Made by a program: the position numbers and the translations under genes. The notes under the pieces are model-generated. The model had not been told where the DNA came from. It worked only from the letters and a program-made list of their open reading frames with translations, and made no database searches. Source: Bacteroidota bacterium (GTDB taxonomy: Bacteria; Bacteroidota; Bacteroidia; Bacteroidales; UBA12481). Taken from it: a stretch of 61,595 bases of DNA. The stretch lies in assembly GCA_034658635.1 (NCBI GenBank), contig JAYEFL010000330.1, forward strand, positions 1-61,595, in the 5' to 3' direction. This document shows, piece by piece, positions 56,956 through 61,595 of the stretch (the first letter of the stretch is position 1; every line of letters starts with the position of its first letter).

Positions 56956-58590
56956 ATGATAAGTATATCACAACCCCCAAAAGCAAAAAACGAACCTGTG
57001 CTTTCGTATGCACCAGGCACTATGGAACGAAAACGTCTCCAGGAGGCGATTACCGAACTAAAGCGACATAAAGTTGAAATCCCTATGATTATTGGTGGGA
57101 AAGCTATCAAATCTGGTGATTTAAAAGAAATCCGAGCCCCTCATGATCATGAGTTACTTCTCGGACACTACCATGAAGGAACCCGGAATGATGTTCGGGA
57201 AGCCATTGAAAATTCTCTAAAGGCACGCGAAAAGTGGGCTAATACAAGCTGGGAGCACCGTGCATCCATTTTTCTGAAAGTCGCCAGTCTTATTGCAGGC
57301 CCTTTCCGTTACAAACTCAATGCAGCAACGATGCTGGCCCAATCAAAAAATGTGATTCAGGCAGAAATTGATGCGGCCTGCGAATCCATTGATTTTTTAA
57401 ATTTCAATGTTGAATTCATGGCTGATATCTATTCTGCTCAGCCTACCTCACTGGAAAACACCTGGAACAGACTGGAACAAAGGCCACTAGAAGGATTTAT
57501 CTTTGCTGTTAGTCCCTTCAATTTCACTTCAATTGCCTTGAACCTTGCAGCCGCACCAGCCCTGATGGGTAATGTGGTGATATGGAAGCCCTCTCCTTCT
57601 CAAATATATTCTGCAAAAGTGATAATGGATATTTATCGTGCTGCAGGACTACCAGACGGAGTGATTAATATGGTTTTTGCCGATGGTGCAGAAGCAGCGG
57701 ATGAAGCAATGTCTCATCCAGAGTTTGCCGGGGTTCACTTTACTGGCAGTACCGAAGTGTTCAAATCCATGTGGACAAAAGTTGGCGAAAACATGAGCAG
57801 ATACCGTTCTTTCCCCAGACTGATTGGAGAAACCGGAGGTAAAGATTATATACTGGCTCATTCTTCTTCACGTGCCATTGAAGTAGCTACTGCCATCTCA
57901 AGAGGAGCTTTCGAATATCAGGGCCAGAAATGCTCGGCTGCCTCACGTGCCTATATACCGTCAAACCTATGGCCTGAAATTGAATGCCACTTGCTTGATG
58001 ATTTAAAGCAATTCAAAATGGGTAGTCCTGAAGATTTCAGCAATTTTATCAATGCAGTAATTCACGAAGGAGCTTTCAATAAATTGACAGGATATATTGA
58101 CCGTGCCAAAAATGATCCGGAGGCTGAAATTATTGCGGGAGGACATTATAACAAAGAACAAGGATTCTTTATCGAGCCTACCGTAATACTGACAAAAGAT
58201 GCAAATTATGTGACCATGCATACCGAATTGTTCGGACCGATAATGACAATATACGTCTACGATCCTGACAAGTTTGAAGCAACCATTGAATTAATAGATA
58301 AAACATCACCATATGGATTAACCGGGGCAATTTTCTCCAGAGATAGGTACTCTATTGAGATGGCAAGCAAAAAACTGGTTAACACTGCTGGTAATTTTTA
58401 CATCAACGATAAACCAACAGGGGCTGTTGTTGGAAATCAGCCCTTCGGCGGATCAAGAGCCTCAGGCACAAACGATAAAGCCGGATCAATGCTGAATCTG
58501 CTCCGCTGGGTTTCACCCCGAACAATCAAAGAGTGCTTTCTTCCACCTTCAGATCACAGTTATCCATTTCTACAGGAGGATTATACCTGA
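56956..58590 (+). CDS. pruA: L-glutamate gamma-semialdehyde (1-pyrroline-5-carboxylate) dehydrogenase
   Basis: 544 aa from ATG 56956. Aldehyde dehydrogenase motifs FTGSTEVF, IGETGGKD and the catalytic-Cys block EYQGQKCSAASR. Confidence 0.85.
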   Translation: MISISQPPKAKNEPVLSYAPGTMERKRLQEAITELKRHKVEIPMIIGGKAIKSGDLKEIRAPHDHELLLGHYHEGTRNDVREAIENSLKAREKWANTSWEHRASIFLKVASLIAGPFRYKLNAATMLAQSKNVIQAEIDAACESIDFLNFNVEFMADIYSAQPTSLENTWNRLEQRPLEGFIFAVSPFNFTSIALNLAAAPALMGNVVIWKPSPSQIYSAKVIMDIYRAAGLPDGVINMVFADGAEAADEAMSHPEFAGVHFTGSTEVFKSMWTKVGENMSRYRSFPRLIGETGGKDYILAHSSSRAIEVATAISRGAFEYQGQKCSAASRAYIPSNLWPEIECHLLDDLKQFKMGSPEDFSNFINAVIHEGAFNKLTGYIDRAKNDPEAEIIAGGHYNKEQGFFIEPTVILTKDANYVTMHTELFGPIMTIYVYDPDKFEATIELIDKTSPYGLTGAIFSRDRYSIEMASKKLVNTAGNFYINDKPTGAVVGNQPFGGSRASGTNDKAGSMLNLLRWVSPRTIKECFLPPSDHSYPFLQEDYT

Positions 58591-58628
58591 AGACAATAAA
58601 ATAGAAATATTGCCCGTACCTTTATGGT

Positions 58629-59933
58629 ATGGGTATTTTTCGTTCACGTAAGAATATTGAACTTAATAGCTGGTATCGACTTGATAATGCGGCTAAAATC
58701 TTTCCGGCCGTCACAAATAAAGTAAGAACCTCAGTATTCAGGTTAAGTGCAGACTTGCATGAACCTGTTAAACTTGAAGCACTACAGAAAGCTCTTGATA
58801 AAACTTTACTTGAACTCCCCTATTTCCGTTCACAATTAAAAAAGGGATTCTTCTGGTATTGGCTGGAGCCCTCAGAAGCTCAGCCACTGATCCAATATGA
58901 CCACGGCACACCTTGTCGGGAATTTAACACGCAACGAAGAAATCATTTGTTAATTCGCGTTCTTGCCAGGGAAAACAAAATTAGCGCTGAATTCATGCAT
59001 ACCCTGACGGATGGAGGAGGAGCATCAAAGTTTTTTCTATCCCTGCTGGGTAATTATGGACAATTTTGCACGTGGGCTCTGGATCCTGAAAGCCAGATTA
59101 TTACCAACGACACATCAAACCAAAAAGACTTAACTGAGGATTCTTACAAAAAGTATTTTCGCAAGCATATCCCAAAACACTTAAAATTACGAAATGCCTA
59201 CCATCTGCCATTGGCAATCAACAGAAAACCTGAATTCAGAACAATAGTTGCTGAGCTATCCACATCGAAAATAATTGCTCTGGCTCATGATAAAAAAATA
59301 TCGCTCACAGAATATCTGGCATCTGTTTACCTGTTTACCTTACAAAAGTTTTATCTGCTCGAATACAATAAAAGACCATTTCCAAGAAAATCTATTCTCA
59401 GAGTGGAAATTCCTGTGAATCTCCGAAAACTATTCCCTTCAAAAACCCTTCGGAACTTCGCCCTGTTTGTTATGCCAGAGATTGATCCACGACTAGGCGC
59501 ATACAGTTTCGATGAAATAACCAGCATTGTTCATCATTATATGCAACTGGAAACCGATCACCGCCAGATTCAAAGAATTATAAGAAGAAATGTAGGAGGA
59601 GAGAAAAACCCGATTATCAGGGTCATCCCACTTGTCTTGAAGATTATGGTTCTTACCCTGATGTTTAAGAATTCCGGACCAAAATTGTACTCTGGAGTTT
59701 TGACTAATCTGGGTCCGGTTAAAATTTCAGCAGATTATTCAAAATTCATAAAAAGATTTCGCTTCATTCCTCCTCCCCCGGATCCCAGTATAAAAGTAAA
59801 CTCCGCACTAATAAGTTACAATGACAGTCTGGTGCTGTGTTTTGGCAATCAATCTTCTTCAACAAAATTCGAGAAAGAGTTTTTGCGTTTCCTTAAGAAT
59901 GAAGGTCTCAAAATAACAATCCTAAATCAATAA
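58629..59933 (+). CDS. Condensation-domain-like acyltransferase (HxxxDG superfamily), unknown substrate
   Basis: 434 aa. N-terminal WYRLDNAAKIFPA and an active-site-like MHTLTDGGG (HxxxDG). Confidence 0.5.
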   Translation: MGIFRSRKNIELNSWYRLDNAAKIFPAVTNKVRTSVFRLSADLHEPVKLEALQKALDKTLLELPYFRSQLKKGFFWYWLEPSEAQPLIQYDHGTPCREFNTQRRNHLLIRVLARENKISAEFMHTLTDGGGASKFFLSLLGNYGQFCTWALDPESQIITNDTSNQKDLTEDSYKKYFRKHIPKHLKLRNAYHLPLAINRKPEFRTIVAELSTSKIIALAHDKKISLTEYLASVYLFTLQKFYLLEYNKRPFPRKSILRVEIPVNLRKLFPSKTLRNFALFVMPEIDPRLGAYSFDEITSIVHHYMQLETDHRQIQRIIRRNVGGEKNPIIRVIPLVLKIMVLTLMFKNSGPKLYSGVLTNLGPVKISADYSKFIKRFRFIPPPPDPSIKVNSALISYNDSLVLCFGNQSSSTKFEKEFLRFLKNEGLKITILNQ

Positions 59934-59935
59934 AC

Positions 59936-60637
59936 ATGCCTATTTGCAAACATTGTGGTGTTGAAATAGAAGCTGAATTTTCACAATGCCCCTTATGTCA
60001 GCGACCTGCAGAAACAGAATTGTCCCAATCCTCTAATATGACATCTGGCTACAACCCAGGTTATTCGCCCCTTTCATCACGGGAAAAAAGCAGACTTTTC
60101 TGGGAATTAACAACAATCCTGCATTTCTCTGCCCTGGTAGTTACTATACTGATTGACATCATCGACAACAAACGCCCAACCTGGTCATTATATGCCATCA
60201 CAAGCATCGCTGCATCTCATATCTTCATCACTTTATTAACATTTACAACAAGAAAATTATGGATTTTTCTGCCCGGATTACTAATCAATACCCTCGGCTT
60301 TCTGGTCCTTATTGATTTGTATGATAATGGGATCAATTGGTTTGTCAATCCGGGACTTCCGCTTGCCGGATTCTTCATTCTACTCCTGGGCAGTGTTATG
60401 GCATATACATTCCGAACCAGCCAAAGAGGATTCAACATCATTGCATCTGCCTCCTTAGCCATTGGTCTCTATTGTATTCTTGCTGAGATATTCATAAAAA
60501 TGGCCAACAACATTGAAGTAACTCTCACCTGGTCAGCTATAGTAGCTGCATCCATTCTGCCATTTGCCCTTCTTCTGTTCTTTTTACATTACCGTTTGAA
60601 AAGAGGGACAAGCCTGCGAAAGTTTTTTCATTTGTAA
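59936..60637 (+). CDS. Zinc-ribbon plus polytopic membrane protein (DUF6320-like)
   Basis: N-terminal CKHCGVEIEAEFSQCPLC (CxxC-x12-CxxC) followed by about 5-6 TM helices. Starts 2 nt after the upstream stop. Confidence 0.5.
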   Translation: MPICKHCGVEIEAEFSQCPLCQRPAETELSQSSNMTSGYNPGYSPLSSREKSRLFWELTTILHFSALVVTILIDIIDNKRPTWSLYAITSIAASHIFITLLTFTTRKLWIFLPGLLINTLGFLVLIDLYDNGINWFVNPGLPLAGFFILLLGSVMAYTFRTSQRGFNIIASASLAIGLYCILAEIFIKMANNIEVTLTWSAIVAASILPFALLLFFLHYRLKRGTSLRKFFHL

Positions 60638-60664
60638 GCGCCAAATAATTACCTTTGGTTATTC

Positions 60665-60967
60665 ATGAACAAAACACTATTAAACAAGATATGGGCTTTT
60701 CTCAGAAACAAATTCTTTCTGACACTTGCAATTTTTATCGTTTGGCTGATAGTATTTGATCAACACAATCTCATCGATCGGTATAAAGCTCACAGGCACC
60801 TGAACAAGCTGAAAAAAGACACTACCTACTATATCAATAAGATTGAACAAGACCGCATGAGCATAAGGCTACTCGAAACCGATAAAGAAAACCTCGAAAA
60901 ATTTGCCCGCGAGCGCTACCTCATGAAAGCTCCTGATGAGGATGTTTATATTATTGTGAAGGATTAG
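60665..60967 (+). CDS. FtsB/DivIC-like septum formation initiator
   Basis: 100 aa with an N-terminal TM helix, a coiled coil, and C-terminal LEKFARERYLMKAPDEDVYII, typical of this family. Confidence 0.6.
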   Translation: MNKTLLNKIWAFLRNKFFLTLAIFIVWLIVFDQHNLIDRYKAHRHLNKLKKDTTYYINKIEQDRMSIRLLETDKENLEKFARERYLMKAPDEDVYIIVKD

Positions 60968-61056
60968 CATTTCACTAATACTAAGAATCACAAATAATCT
61001 ATCGATTTTATGTGCCAGATTACATTTATTCGAACGACTTTGTGCTAGTATTTGCC

Positions 61057-61282
61057 GATGATTGCTGGAAACGTTTGTAATCAATTTCTCTTCTTTTTTA
61101 TAGCTTAACAGACTTTGTGCCGGGTCTGAAACGTAAATCATAGTCTTTTCATTCCCACGATTTCTTTTCCGTGAAAAGATTTTCTTTGCAGTTTGTATTT
61201 TATAAACCACGATAAAATGCTGCTGTTTCCAGTGAACAATGCAAGGCAGTGGCACTTCGTCTCTAAGCTCTTCCCAAGTCAA
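61057..61282 (-). pseudogene. Remnant of a peptidase C39 (bacteriocin-processing ABC transporter) domain
   Basis: The translation ...LPCIVHWKQQHFIVVYKI...IYVSDPAQSLLSYKKEE matches the C-terminal half of C39 domains (His-containing block and the DPA block). There is no catalytic-Cys region and no ABC/TMD follows. The rest of the ORF runs antisense into the ftsB-like gene. Confidence 0.45.
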
Positions 61283-61296
61283 CCTATACTATAGCC

Positions 61297-61595
61297 TCAG
61301 ACCTCCTGATCTGTCGCAGTTTTCATTGTCGCGTTTTTAAAGAACAGCTTGAGTTTTGTTCCAGGAAAGACCGCTTCATCATCGTTCAGTGTCTGACAAA
61401 TCTCTCTTATAGCCATATTATCTCTGGGTGTTGCCAGGCTGTTTAATCTGACCGTAAGGGTATTTGTTTGATAATCCGGATATATATCCGCCTTTGCAAA
61501 TATAATACTCTTCACCAACCCTCTTATTTCATTGGTGCTTTTTCGATAATATCCAGCCAGCAAATTGGCAATAGCCGTTTCAGCTCTGTAGCAGA
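61297..61595 (-). mobile_element. C-terminal part of a possible transposase-like protein, truncated by the window edge
   Basis: The frame stays open to position 61595 (no stop upstream of the TTG used by the ORF track). The ...TLTVRLNSLATPRDNMAIREICQTLNDDEAVFPGTKLKLFF tail resembles C-termini of some IS transposases, from memory only. Confidence 0.3.

Noticed and set aside
56823-57110. 95-aa minus-strand ORF
   Set aside because: It overlaps the terminator hairpin and the 5' end of pruA, and is hydrophobic low-complexity. It is most likely spurious.
60869-61056. 3' two-fifths of the 137-aa minus-strand ORF
   Set aside because: It overlaps the ftsB-like gene antisense and has no C39 or ABC similarity. 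Only the 5' portion (61057-61282) is treated as a pseudogene remnant.

Overview
This 61.6-kb window looks like a chromosomal segment of a Bacteroidota genome. Four observations support that: a T9SS C-terminal sorting domain, a PorT-like barrel next to ubiE, a DUF3467 gene after rpoC, and TTTG/TAnnTTTG-type promoter boxes. The gene order tRNA-Thr/Tyr/Gly/Thr-tuf-tRNA-Trp-secE-nusG-rplKAJL-rpoBC also fits. Nearly all genes from 1 to 37.9 kb lie on the minus strand and are ordinary housekeeping. They include a UbiA prenyltransferase, a KdsC-like phosphatase, an acyl-CoA dehydrogenase with etfBA and a membrane Fe-S protein, cstA, the rpoBC/ribosomal protein/tuf block with five tRNAs, hpf, a Xer-like recombinase and rpsU. 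Further along are a Na+ symporter, fba, two Omp85-family proteins, a TrmH-family methyltransferase, ubiE, an SDR and a nitroreductase. From about 38 to 54.7 kb there is a mosaic molybdenum/tungsten-cofactor neighbourhood. It contains moeA-moaA-moaC-mog, a long aldehyde:ferredoxin oxidoreductase (AOR) family gene, and DUF364 plus family-2 ThiF plus ThiS. Two uncharacterised modules are embedded in it. Module (i), 41982-44410, has two paralogous Cys-rich secreted small proteins flanking a membrane-anchored CxxC thioredoxin-like protein and a beta-propeller lipoprotein. Module (ii), 44407-47034, is a tight operon encoding a ModE-N-terminal-like wHTH regulator, a stand-alone protein resembling the TiaS kinase (TCKD) domain, a polytopic membrane protein and a lipoprotein. 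Module (ii) is my best candidate for an undescribed system. A GH78 rhamnosidase is wedged between module (ii) and the AOR gene. The right end carries an ECF sigma/anti-sigma/DUF4097 trio, pruA, a condensation-domain-like acyltransferase paired with a zinc-ribbon membrane protein, and an FtsB-like gene. It finishes with a degraded C39-peptidase fragment next to a possible transposase C-terminus that runs off the window. I saw no rRNA, CRISPR array or intact IS element. All functional calls rest on motif recognition in the supplied translations, not on database searches.
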